Assembly: GCA_002269645.1 (NCBI GenBank)
Contig: NIVC01000978.1
Location: 310,001 to 374,000, forward strand
Source of the DNA: Macrostomum lignano
Lineage: Eukaryota
Direction: 5' to 3'
DNA length: 64,000 nt
Below the pieces are notes generated by a model. That model was not told the origin of the DNA. It did no database searches and saw nothing but the letters and a program-made list of their open reading frames with translations. Shown one piece after another: positions 36,815-47,098 of this stretch (position 1 is its first letter; each line of letters opens with the position of its first letter). The position numbers were made by a program, and so were the translations under genes.

Positions 36815-37819
36815 TTCCGGTTTGATTGAACCAGTGTGCGACACCGAGATTGAAGAACGAACCGATTCACTGTTGCTGTTCGAATTGCTTCTCCCAGCCA
36901 CACGCAGGCATATTTATTTAGAAATTGCCGACGTGAGGAAAGCAGGTTTTCGCTTGGGAACAAAGCACGCGTCAACGGCGACAACTTTGCAATTCAGATA
37001 AGCTGCTTGCAATAGCTCAATTGTGCTATTCGAATTTTCTATTGAAGCATTGTAACGGCCCATGGCTTACATTGGATAAATTTTTAACACTCTTATCGCT
37101 GGTTCGAGTAGCGCGTGCGCTTCTCGGTTCGTTTTTCGAAACGTTTCCCAGCTTTTGATTGAATAAGCGAATACAGTTTGCGTGTGTTTTGAATTTTTGC
37201 TGAATAATGCTCGTAGCTTTGAAGTTGATGGTTTCTGCAGAGTTTAAACATTCTGCTTTTTATAGAATTCTGCTATTAATGTTCAATTTTTAAGTTAGCT
37301 TTCGCGTGTCCATCTCATCTTATTCTAATTCGGTGCATGGAAAACAAAAGTACATGTATATTTCACATTATGGCATGCGTCCTATTTGTGATTTCTGTGT
37401 TTTATTTAACTTAGACTGGTGCGGAGGAGCAACATCAGCCCCAGAATCGTGGAACATATGCTAGGCCCATGGGCTTGTGATCGAAGCAAATAGACAAAGG
37501 TGAACACCCAAAGGACATTGCGATATTGTTGAATATAAAAGAAAAGACGGTTTACAGCATCCGTCAGCGCGTTGAAACCACTGCAGCAGAGATCCTCTGC
37601 GAAGGGGCGGCAATCGCCAAAGCAAGTTGCCTAATGAATATCTAATGGTCTATTTTCGATTCGCTGATGGATGGAGAGCTGAGCCATAAACTAAATTTCA
37701 TGAGAAGAAGGCGAGAAAGAAATTGTTCACTTTAATATGGGGCGAGGGTCTCGAGGCGAGCGAAGCCATTACATGCAACCCCTGACTTTCTGACCACAGA
37801 ATGCGCATTATAAGGCCAT

Positions 37820-38310
37820 TATCTTATACTCTCGTAATTGTAATTCAACCCTTTGTTGTGAAGGCCGACCTACAACTGAAAGCTACAGCTTCCAAGATCA
37901 TCCAGGGAAGTGGCTCGGTGAAGCGGCGTTGTGCAAATGCGAAAGCAGACCTAGAGAAATTGCGCGTCTACTTTGACAAGAGTGGACCGGTAAAATTGCA
38001 ACAGGAAATGTACTTTGTGTTGGCATTTCAACTCTGGACTGCGAGGACGCAAATGGCTCCGTAAGCTGAAGGTAAGTTAAATGAGATGTACAACCTATGG
38101 GGCGATGCGCATTTAGACTGGCACCTATGAAGACAAAAAAATGTCCGTGGAAGTTTAGAGACGCGGACTTCAGAAGATCGGAAGCAGAGCGTGCTTATTG
38201 CAAAGTTTGAAAGCAGATGTCCCAATGAGTGCGTGAATCTCTACCTGAAGAAGATTGAAGAGGCGAAGAGCAAAGGCTTGATCCGCATACCTCTAAATAC
38301 CCGTCCAGAA
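37820..38310 (+). pseudogene. Decayed Crypton-type tyrosine-recombinase (DUF3504-like) fragment
   Basis: DLEKLRVYFDKSGPVKLQQEMYFVLAFQL(+1 nt)GLRGRKWLRKLK and RCPNECVNLYLKKI resemble DUF3504 motifs (P..LQ..V.F...F.RRGRE..R.L; RCPV..F..YL.K); needs frameshifts. Confidence 0.55.
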
Positions 38311-38651
38311 TGATGCAATCAACAAAGCACGTCGAGCCTCTCTTTGCTCTCTGGATTAACCATGGCCACATTTTATTCCACACAAACCACATATCGACAA
38401 AATACAGCATTCATGAACACATTGGTATATTTATTTAATCAATAGAACAAACTTACTATTTACTACGAGCATTAGAGCTGATAAGTAAGCTAACTACTTC
38501 TATTCAAGAAGTTAGCTTAAGAATTCTAGAAGAACAATACATATTTGGGGAAGTCAGCAGAAAGTGCTCCATACATATGCACATACAGTACACTGATAAG
38601 CAAATGCTCTGACGATCTGGCAAATCAATTAGAGTTCTACCCATACGAGTA

Positions 38652-41600
38652 TCAGGTGCAGAACGCCTTGGACACGGTGCAGGCGTCGCAGACAACTCGA
38701 AACGGTTGCCGCAGCAGCCGGCAAGTCTTCCTCTTGCACTCCGGATGCGTGCCTGGGTAAGTGACCGAGCGAACGCTGTACGGCCTGCCGCAGCACATCA
38801 CGCTGCAGAGAACCTCCCTGCGGTACTGGCTGCTGTCTTCACTTGGCAGGCCCTTCAGCAGGCTCTGACCGACAGGCGTGTTATCTGGGAGGCACTCTCT
38901 GTGACGGGTTAGGCAGTGTGACAATGCTAGATTGTTGAACAAGTTCAACTCAGCCACGTACTAAACAAATGAGCGCGCGGATACGTACGCAGGCACACTC
39001 ACACATGAGTGTACAATGGCCCTAACTTTATATTATCGTTAGGCATGTACACTTCACTGCGCCTTGCGGGGTTGGCTCTCAAGGCCGTTAATTGCACGAG
39101 CAGAGCCAAGCCGAGATTCCAATTCAGCCCCAAATTAATGTGACTGCACTTGGAATCGAGCCTGGGTCGCTGGCACACCAGAGCAGCTGCGCTACCGCTG
39201 GGCTACGGCCCCCTATGTATCAAGGACTACTCAAGTAGAAAGTTTTCAAGCCTGGCGCACCTTCCATGCGTGACGGAGCAGTAATCCAGCGAGTGTTCAT
39301 GAAATAGTAAAAGCGTCTTCTTTGGCAGCCCTTTGACAATCCGGTGACCAATGCATCGGGGACCAAGCGACAGAGGGTTCGTTGGCTGATGGTTACCGAA
39401 AGCGGCGTCCGGACAGAGCTCCTCGTATCCTGCGTAGCCTGAGCGATCGAATATGGCCCTGCGCATCTGGTGCTTGAAGTGAGGGACGAATTTTCGGAGG
39501 TGATTATAGCTGCCATTTCTGATGCAGAGTGACAAGAGCCGCGGATCTCTACAGGCGGATCAGTACAGATGCAGACTGACAAGATCATAAAGCCCCGGAT
39601 CTCTGCATACGGATCAGTACAGATGCAGAGTGACAAGATCATAGAGCCGCGGATCTCTCAGGCGAATCAGTAAATATGCAGACTGACAAGATCACAGAGC
39701 CGGATCTCTGTGCATGCGGATCAGTACAGATGCAGAGTGACAAGATCATAGAGCCCTGGATCTCTGCATGCGGGTCAGTACAGATGCAGACTGACAAGAT
39801 CATAGAGCCCCAGATCTCTGCATGTGGATCAGTACAGATGCAAAGTGACAAGATCATAGAGCCCCAGATCTCTGCATGTGGATCAGTACAGATAGATGTA
39901 GAGTGACAAGATCATAGAGCCGGATCTCTGCATGCGGATCAGTACAGATGCAGAGTGAAAAGATCATAGAGCCCCAGATCTCTGCATGTGGATCAGTACA
40001 GATAGATGTAGAGTGACAAGATCATAGAGCAGGATCTCTGCATGCGGATCAGTACAGATGCAGAGTGACAAGATCATAGAGCCCCGGATCTCTGCATGCG
40101 GATCAGTACAGATAGATGTAGAGTGACAAGATCATAGAGCAGGATCTCTGCATGCGGATCAGTACAGATGCAGAGTGACAAGATCATAGAGCGGGATCTC
40201 TGCATGCGGATCAGTACAGATAGATGTAGAGTGACAAGATCATAGAGCCCCGGATCTCTGCATGCGGATCAGTACAGATAGATGTAGAGTGACAAGATCA
40301 TAGAGCCGGATCTCTGCATATGGGTCAAGTCACAACTCCAAAACCGAAAAAAACTATCACTGTCACTCACCGTGTCATAAATTCGCATCAAAACGTCCAA
40401 AGGATTTTTCCCAGTCCTATGAAACAGACTACCAGCCAGGAGCAGGGGCTTCTCCTGCTGCTGATTCTCCAGCTGCTGCCACCAGGAGCCTCCGACAGCT
40501 CCGTAGTGCAGCACTCGATGACAGGTGCGCACAGAACAGGCTGCACTAGTGCCGTGGCATTTGCACCTCACTGCCTCGGCGTGTCGAGTCGCCCTTATCC
40601 CGACCTGATAGTTGTGACCGTTCACCAGCTCAGTGAACTGCTCGAAGGCTTCCTCTACTGGCACGTCTGTCGATGTTGATGACCAAGAAGGCGTCTTTAA
40701 GCTTCGTTTAAGTCGACCAAGCGACAGGAATTTTCTGGCCAGATGGGTTCCAGCTCGAAGGCTCCTGTCGCAACCGTTGGACTTGAAACTGTCAAGCCGG
40801 AAGCCGGCGGGAAGTTTGGCAGCAAGCCAGCGAGGCGGCGCAACTGCAGTGGCCGCTGAACTCTGCTGACGGCCCCGGCATGAGCACCGGCTGATGCGTC
40901 CTTTGGCGCACTCCCCCGCCATGGTGAGGGTCAGGACGAAGCCGGACAGAGCTCGGACCATGGCGTGCTCCGCTGTCACTGGAAATGCATGAGGCTAATG
41001 TACATATGCATACAACTATGCTTTTGACTCAGCAGCTCAGCGGTAAACTAATCTGGCTCTCTCGGGCTGCGACCCCTGGTTCGATTCAACACGAAAATTG
41101 ACCGATATAGGTTGTCGTTAGATTCACAACCCATTAGGGCCGACCCCCAGGACACAGAGACTGTACATGCCTGACGATTAGAAAGTCAGGGTCGCTGTAC
41201 ACCCTGAGTGAGCGTGTGCATGAGTGCGTGCATCGGTAGGAGTCACCGAAGGCGTTACGTCAGGATGCGCAAATTAATGCGAGCGTATTATTATTAGGTA
41301 CCTAATTAATGCTTCTGTAGTTGAACCGAACTACGAGTAATCTAATATTGCAGGTTGTTCCTCAGCAATGTCTCCAGAAATATTCACGACAAACTATAAA
41401 ATTACCGTTGAAATATTGAACTGTATTTGACAGTTTCAGCAGAACTTACGCGCTTGCAGCTCCGGCGACAGTCGCGGCAGCTGGTGCAGCGAGCTGCAGT
41501 TCCAGCGGCAGTGCCGAAACTGCAGGCCGCACAGAGACACGGTGGCTTTGGCAGCTTCGGTCAGCGCCGCCAGTGCAGCCGGGCTCTGAGCCGATCGCTG

Positions 41601-41703
41601 GCAGAACCGCGCCTGAGCCCGGCTGAAGATCCGGTGCCGCCGCATAGCCGAGCAGGTGGAGGCGCCGCTGCTTGATGACGGCCTGTCCAGCTTGTGCAGG
41701 GCT
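38652..41703 (-). CDS. Divergent Wnt ligand (Wnt11-like by eye), first exon not located; exons 41703-41450, 40978-40371, ~39466-39397, 38926-38652
   Basis: CGLQFRHCRWNCSS, ECAKGRISRCSC, VRCKCHGTSAACSVRTC, VMCCGRPY, VVCDAC. The third exon boundary is tentative. Confidence 0.85.
38965..39212 (-). mobile_element. tRNA-derived SINE, family A, most intact copy (Wnt intron)
   Basis: Minus strand begins GGGGCCGTAGCCCAGCGGTAGCGC...GGCTCGATTCC. Confidence 0.8.
39525..40320. repeat. ~54-bp minisatellite (52-58-bp variants) in a Wnt intron
   Basis: GGATCAGTAC at 39557 and 39611. Confidence 0.95.
41028..41290 (+). mobile_element. tRNA-derived SINE with a 3' part related to family A
   Basis: CAGCTCAGCGGTAA A-box, GGTTCGATTC B-box, TGTACATGCCT...TGTACAC...GTGTGC block, ATT tail. 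Confidence 0.65.
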
Positions 41704-41869
41704 CTGAGCGCGCGATAGTGTGTCGAAAAATTGAAAGATTACCAGTAAAAAATAGATTTTACCGAATTTCAGACAGATATCAGCAATTGATATATTTGTA
41801 TTTGTATCTGGGGACAGGGGTGTCAAGGGAATTTCGGCATGCGGTGAGACTTCTTCCAGTCGTATAACC

Positions 41870-41935
41870 CCTTGGTGCTGGCGGCCCTTGGTGCTGGCGG
41901 CCCTTGGTGCTGGCGCCCCTTGGTGCTGGCGCCCC
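41870..41935. repeat. Short 17-bp array CTTGGTGCTGGCGCCCC
   Basis: Same unit as 42885-43590. Confidence 0.9.
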
Positions 41936-42884
41936 CCCCCATCAGAAAATTCTTGCTTCAAGCTATGAAGTCCCAAAATAAAAATCCGAAACTTGTCAGT
42001 GAATTGTTTTCAATATTTTAAGCAATAAAATGCTTGAATAATCAAGCTTACAGTTATAACTTACAGCCATTTGATCCCAAGGCAGTAATGTTGCTGAATT
42101 CCAATTGTTAAAAATATTATCAATAATTTTTTAGCAACAGTCATATTGTTAGGCTTTGTTATCTGTGTTATTTAGCTAGAAACACAAAGGAAAAGATAAA
42201 CACAAAGTTCTGAAACCTGATTCTCTTTCAGTTGCTTTGCGCTGTCTCTGCAATGGTCTGCTTACGTGTATATATATTCTTGAAAAATTATACGACCAAT
42301 GGTGTCGGCGGCGCTGCCTTTTGATCTCGCCGACTTGCTAGGATAGCACCTGAACAGTACGCCAAACTGTATAATTGCGCCCCCCTCTCTTCTTCTTTGT
42401 GACGCTGCTTCTAAAAGAAGAAAACCTCGGACAAAGAGACAACCGTGTGCGTGCGGTCAAAAGTTCCAATTTCGGAATGGACACACGATCGCCAGCGCCA
42501 GGTTCCAACCGGGAATGCTTCATCCAGCACAAGTGGTGTTCAGCCTGCGCCCTATTGGTTTTTGGTTTACGAACGCAATAAATCATTCACTCGGTAAGGA
42601 CGCGGGCCTCCGGGTTTAACGACTGAAGTCGCTGGCCGCGAGAGATGAAAGCTGCAGGGGGGAGGGGGTTTAGATTTGCCGACTTTGAAAAGTAAAGCTT
42701 AAGTGGAGCGAAGGTCTGATTGCCCGCCTACGCAGTCACCTGACGGGAATCCGTGATTTTTTCTTTCTAATAAAGAGACTGAGAGGGTGTTAATTATATC
42801 TAAACTCAATTTTTGATTGTCTACACAAGAAATGGATCATACTTACATGTATAACGTCTTATTGAGAACTGAATGCTGAAGGTG

Positions 42885-43590
42885 CTGGCGCTGGCGCTCG
42901 GTGCTGGCGCCCCTTGATGCTGGCGCCCCTTGGTGCTGGCGCCCCTTGGTGCTGGCGCCCCTTGGTGCTAAAGCCCCTTGGTGCTGGCGCCCCTTGGTGC
43001 TAAAGCCCCTTGGTGCTAAAGCCCCTTGGTGCTGGCGCCCCTTGGTGCTAAAGCCCCTTGGTGCTAAAGCCCCTTGGTGCTGGCGCCCCTTGGTGCTGGC
43101 GCCCCTTGGTGCTAAAGCCCCTTGGTGCTGGCGCCCCTTGGTGCTAAAGCCCCTTGGTGCTAAAGCCCCTTGGTGCTAAAGCCCCTTGGTGCTAAAGCCC
43201 CTTGGTGCTAAAGCCTCTTGGTGCTAAAGCCCCTTGGTGCTAAAGCCCCTTGGTGCTAAAGCCCCTTGGTGCTAAAGCCCCTTGGTGCTAAAGCCCCTTG
43301 GTGCTAAAGCCCCTTGGTGCTAAAGCCCCTTGGTGCTAAAGCCCCTTGGTGCTAAAGCCCCTTGGTGCTAAAGCCCCTTGGTGCTAAAGCCCCTTGGTGC
43401 TAAAGCCCCTTGGTGCTAAAGCCCCTTGGTGCTAAAGCCCCTTGGTGCTAAAGCCCCTTGGTACTAAAGCCCCTTGGTACTAAAGCCCCTTGGTACTAAA
43501 GCCCCTTGGTACTAAAGCCCCAATTGGTACTAAAGCCCCGTAATTGGTGCTAAAGCCCCTTGGTGCTGGCGTCCCCCTTGTGCCTGGCGC
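42885..43590. repeat. 17-bp minisatellite switching from the GGC variant to the AAA variant
   Basis: CTTGGTGCTGGCGCCCC changes to CTTGGTGCTAAAGCCCC and then to GTACTAAAG. Confidence 0.96.
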
Positions 43591-43686
43591 CCACTGGATC
43601 GTGCGGCGCCCGCTGGTGTATTTACATGAAATATGGCACCACTCCAATCACGCATCACTTCATTACCCCAATATTGGAGATATTAC

Positions 43687-46355
43687 TGTTGTGTATTGCA
43701 AAGGCATGCAATGCGTAGGGATAGTTCGGGGACAGGGTTTCTAGAAACTTCCACAGCAGGACTTGTTTACGCATTGTTCGAGAAGTTTCCTCCCCCGGTC
43801 TTTCTAGAACTTTCCTTCCCCACATGCATAAATATACGAGCCGCCCTCCTATTGGCCAAGCCCTCTTTTGGTGCCACTGAGCGCCCGGATAATTATCTAT
43901 CTTGTTTCTGCGTTCGTTAATTCAACAACAGAACATTGGCGACGAGGATGGCGGCTAGCATCCCCGCACCCACGCCCTTCCTGGCGAACTGCGGATCACC
44001 GACAGTACCATGGAGCCGATGGATTGAGGCCTTTGAATTTTATTACGAGGCGGCCCAATTCAAGGAGCCCGAAGGGAAGGAAGAGGCGAAACCGCTGAAG
44101 AAGAGCCTTCTGCTCCATCTGCTTGGATTCGAAGGTCAGCGGGTTGCTCGAGCACGCCAAGCAATCAAGGAGAACGACACGTTCGCAGCAACTAAGGCGG
44201 AGCTCGAGAAGATCTTCGGCGAGAAGCCCAACGTGATAGTAGCCAGATATCGCTTCCGCCAGCGCCAGCAGCTACCCGGCGAGGACGTCAAGACCTTCGT
44301 GGCAGCCCTGAGGGAGCTGACGGAGCTGTGCAACTACGGCGCGATACAGGACGATCTCATCAGAGACCAGCTGGCTGAGAAGACCAGTAACCCCAGAATC
44401 CGAGAGAGGCTGCTGACGGAGAAGGTGGAGGACCTCAACCTGGCGAAAGCACTCAGCATCGCGGTCTCCATCGAGGAAGCCTCCAAAGAAGCCAAGGCGA
44501 TGGCGCCATCAACCTCGAGCACGGCAGCCGTCCAATCGATCCGACAGCCGAGGGGCCAGAAGGTCGCTGCAAAGGGGAGGCACCGCCCAGCACCAGCTGG
44601 CAGGACGGCCAAACCCGGCGGCGCCTGCACGCGCTGTGGGCGAGACCACGGACCGACGACCCACTGTCCGGCCAAGGGCAAGACATGCGAGGCCTGTGGC
44701 AAGAAGAACCACTTCCGGAGTTGCTGTCGCAGCCAGCAGGCTGCTGTCAATGCCGCGGACGAGGTGATCACAGTCTACGCAGTGCCGGGTGGCGACAGGG
44801 AGGTCCGGGCGACGCTGGAACTCGGACCGGACAGGACCGCTGTCAGCCTGATGGTGGACTGCGGCGCAAGGGTGTCGCTGCTGTCCCGACAGACCGCCGA
44901 CCGGATCTCAGGTGCAGTCACCTCTCCCACTACGACGAAGCTGCGTGCCTACGGCGGACTGCCGATCCAGCTAAGTGGTGTCACCGAGCTGGAGGTGCGC
45001 TACGGCGACAAGGCGATGCAGCACCGGTTCTTCGTTGCGCCAGGCGGCGACAACATCGTCGGTAGAGACCTGATGGAGAAGCTGGGCTTCCGAGTCGACC
45101 TTAGCGGGCAGCCGCTCAGAATCGCGAAAGTCAGCGACTTGACGGCGGACTTGCAGGCGCGGTACCCAACGACCTTCAGCGGTGCGATAGGATGCTGCGC
45201 CGGCGCTGTACACCAGCCCAAGGTCGACCCAGCAGTGCGACCCGTCCAGCAGCCACTCCGCCGCCTGCCCCTCATGCGACAGGAGCAGGTCGGTGCCGAA
45301 CTCGACAAGATGGAGAAGGACGGCATCATCGAGCGAGTTCTCGGACTTCCTGGCCGAGCAGGGCATCCGGCACGTCAAGACCAGCCTCTACCATCCGCAG
45401 ACCAACGGCCAGACGGAGCGTCTCAATCGGTCGCTGCTCGCCAGCATCAGAGCGGCCATGGCGGAGAACAGGCCGTTTCAAGACGCCGTGACCAACTTCT
45501 TGTCTGCCTACCGGAGCTCCAAGCACAGCCTGACGGGCAAGTCACCGGCCGAGCTCATGCTGGGTCGGAAGTGGCGCACCGCGATCACCATGCTGTCTCC
45601 CGGAGGGGGAATGACAACGACCGAGGCGACGCCTCAGGCACTGCGGCAGCAAATCGAGGCGCGGCAGCAGCAGATCAAGGCCTACACCGATGCCAGACGA
45701 AGGGCCCGCCCCGAGACGTTCCACCCCGGCGAGTGGGTGAAAATCCGACGGCCCACCAAGAAGGGCAAACTGGGTACCCGCCTCTCACAGCCACTAGAAG
45801 TGCTCCGCCAGGCGGGACACCACGCGTTCGAGCTCAGCGACGGCACCAGGTGGAACCAGCAGCGGCTGACCCGAACGCCGCACCCGGCACAGCCGAGAGA
45901 GCGGTTCGACCCACTGGTGGACTCGGCGCCAACGACCGGAGCCGGCACGGCGGCACCGGCGGCACCGGCGGCGGAGCCTCCGGCAAGAACAGCAGCGCCC
46001 CGCCGATCTGAGCGAGCCAGGCACCCGCCGATACGCTACATGAACTGCCGCTGGGACCGATCAAAGTGAAGCTTGGGGACTTTTGGACTCCTTGAAGGAG
46101 GGGAAGAATGTTGTGTATTGCAAAGGCATGCAATGCGTAGGGATAGTTCGGGGACAGGGTTTCTAGAAACTTCCACAGCAGGACTTGTTTACGCATTGTT
46201 CGAGAAGTTTCCTCCCCCGGTCTTTCTAGAACTCCTTCCCCGCGTGCATAAATATACTAGCCGCCCTCCTATTGGCCAAGCCCTCTTTTGGTGCCACTGA
46301 GCGCCCGGATAATTATCTATCTTGTTTCTGCGTTCGTTAATTCAACAACAGAACA
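43687..46355 (+). mobile_element. Internally deleted Ty3/Gypsy LTR retrotransposon (2669 bp)
   Basis: LTRs 43687-43935 and 46109-46355 (TG...CA); TSD ATTAC; PBS TGGCGACGAGGATGG 43937-43951 (complementary to the tRNA-Ser(GCU) 3' end); PPT GAAGGAGGGGAAGAA; gag with two CCHC-like knuckles, protease MVDCGA, RT start, integrase C-terminal half. Confidence 0.96.
43948..46011 (+). CDS. Gag-protease-truncated RT fusion ORF of the Gypsy element
   Basis: LLLHLLGFEG, YRFRQRQQLPGEDV, IRDQL, CEACGKKNHFRSCC, PVQQPLRRLP; reads out of frame after ~45338. Confidence 0.85.
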   Translation: MAASIPAPTPFLANCGSPTVPWSRWIEAFEFYYEAAQFKEPEGKEEAKPLKKSLLLHLLGFEGQRVARARQAIKENDTFAATKAELEKIFGEKPNVIVARYRFRQRQQLPGEDVKTFVAALRELTELCNYGAIQDDLIRDQLAEKTSNPRIRERLLTEKVEDLNLAKALSIAVSIEEASKEAKAMAPSTSSTAAVQSIRQPRGQKVAAKGRHRPAPAGRTAKPGGACTRCGRDHGPTTHCPAKGKTCEACGKKNHFRSCCRSQQAAVNAADEVITVYAVPGGDREVRATLELGPDRTAVSLMVDCGARVSLLSRQTADRISGAVTSPTTTKLRAYGGLPIQLSGVTELEVRYGDKAMQHRFFVAPGGDNIVGRDLMEKLGFRVDLSGQPLRIAKVSDLTADLQARYPTTFSGAIGCCAGAVHQPKVDPAVRPVQQPLRRLPLMRQEQVGAELDKMEKDGIIERVLGLPGRAGHPARQDQPLPSADQRPDGASQSVAARQHQSGHGGEQAVSRRRDQLLVCLPELQAQPDGQVTGRAHAGSEVAHRDHHAVSRRGNDNDRGDASGTAAANRGAAAADQGLHRCQTKGPPRDVPPRRVGENPTAHQEGQTGYPPLTATRSAPPGGTPRVRAQRRHQVEPAAADPNAAPGTAERAVRPTGGLGANDRSRHGGTGGTGGGASGKNSSAPPI

Positions 46356-47015
46356 ATTACCCCAATATCGACTAAAAATTAAGTGCGGTACACATTCATT
46401 GAGCAAAATCCATACAGACTCGGCCATGCATATTTTCGATACTCAAAAAAGTAGGCTTTAGCCCGCCCTGATCCCAACCCCTTCTCTCCACTCACGTTCA
46501 GCTCTTTGATCCCCGCGTTGGTCACGACTCTGTCACCACCCCATACAGCAATCCGATGTTGAGGTTCGACGTACGTCAGCAACATGCGTGTATACATCCG
46601 CGTCGACGTTTAATTTCGACGTCTTACATGTGTATTGACGCCGCGCTGGCAAATGGGTACTTTTGATCAGTTCAGTGCTACAGTTTCAGTAGTTTTATTT
46701 GTTTAACCAGTCTTAATTACTGCCAACAATGCAATGTACATTAACATAAAGTTAAAATTCGTACAGTTTTAATTACATTTGCATAAAATTATAGTGCTGA
46801 TCATATATGGGAAGGATTTTATTGCCTAGTTTATAGGGAAAACGTACGCTACACCGTGTTAATCTCACCATGCAAAAACTGCTTTTGGCCTGAAGTAGCT
46901 ACTGTATGCATGGTGTTGGGTCTAACTACGACTTTACATGTATCTCGTATCCGGGTCTACATGTATATATTGCGGGTCTATGAAAATTGACTGGCACAAT
47001 TTTCCCCATTTTCCT

Positions 47016-47098
47016 ACGACAATTGACTGGCACAATTCACTCAAGAAATTGTCCCCAGTCAAATTAAAAAAAGTCTAATTGTGCCAGTCAATTGTCGT
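47016..47098. repeat. Perfect 22-bp inverted repeat with a 39-bp spacer
   Basis: ACGACAATTGACTGGCACAATT 47016-47037 and AATTGTGCCAGTCAATTGTCGT 47077-47098. Confidence 0.9.

Noticed and set aside
35937-36829. Antisense and alternate-frame ORFs over the protease, DSTYK-like and Gypsy coding regions
   Set aside because: Shadow ORFs expected from GC3-rich codon usage.
41028-41100. tRNA gene
   Set aside because: A and B boxes are present but there is no cloverleaf acceptor stem; it continues into a SINE body.
42266-42410. Candidate Wnt first exon ending at a GTAAGC donor
   Set aside because: The phase fits but there is no in-frame ATG and no signal-peptide character.
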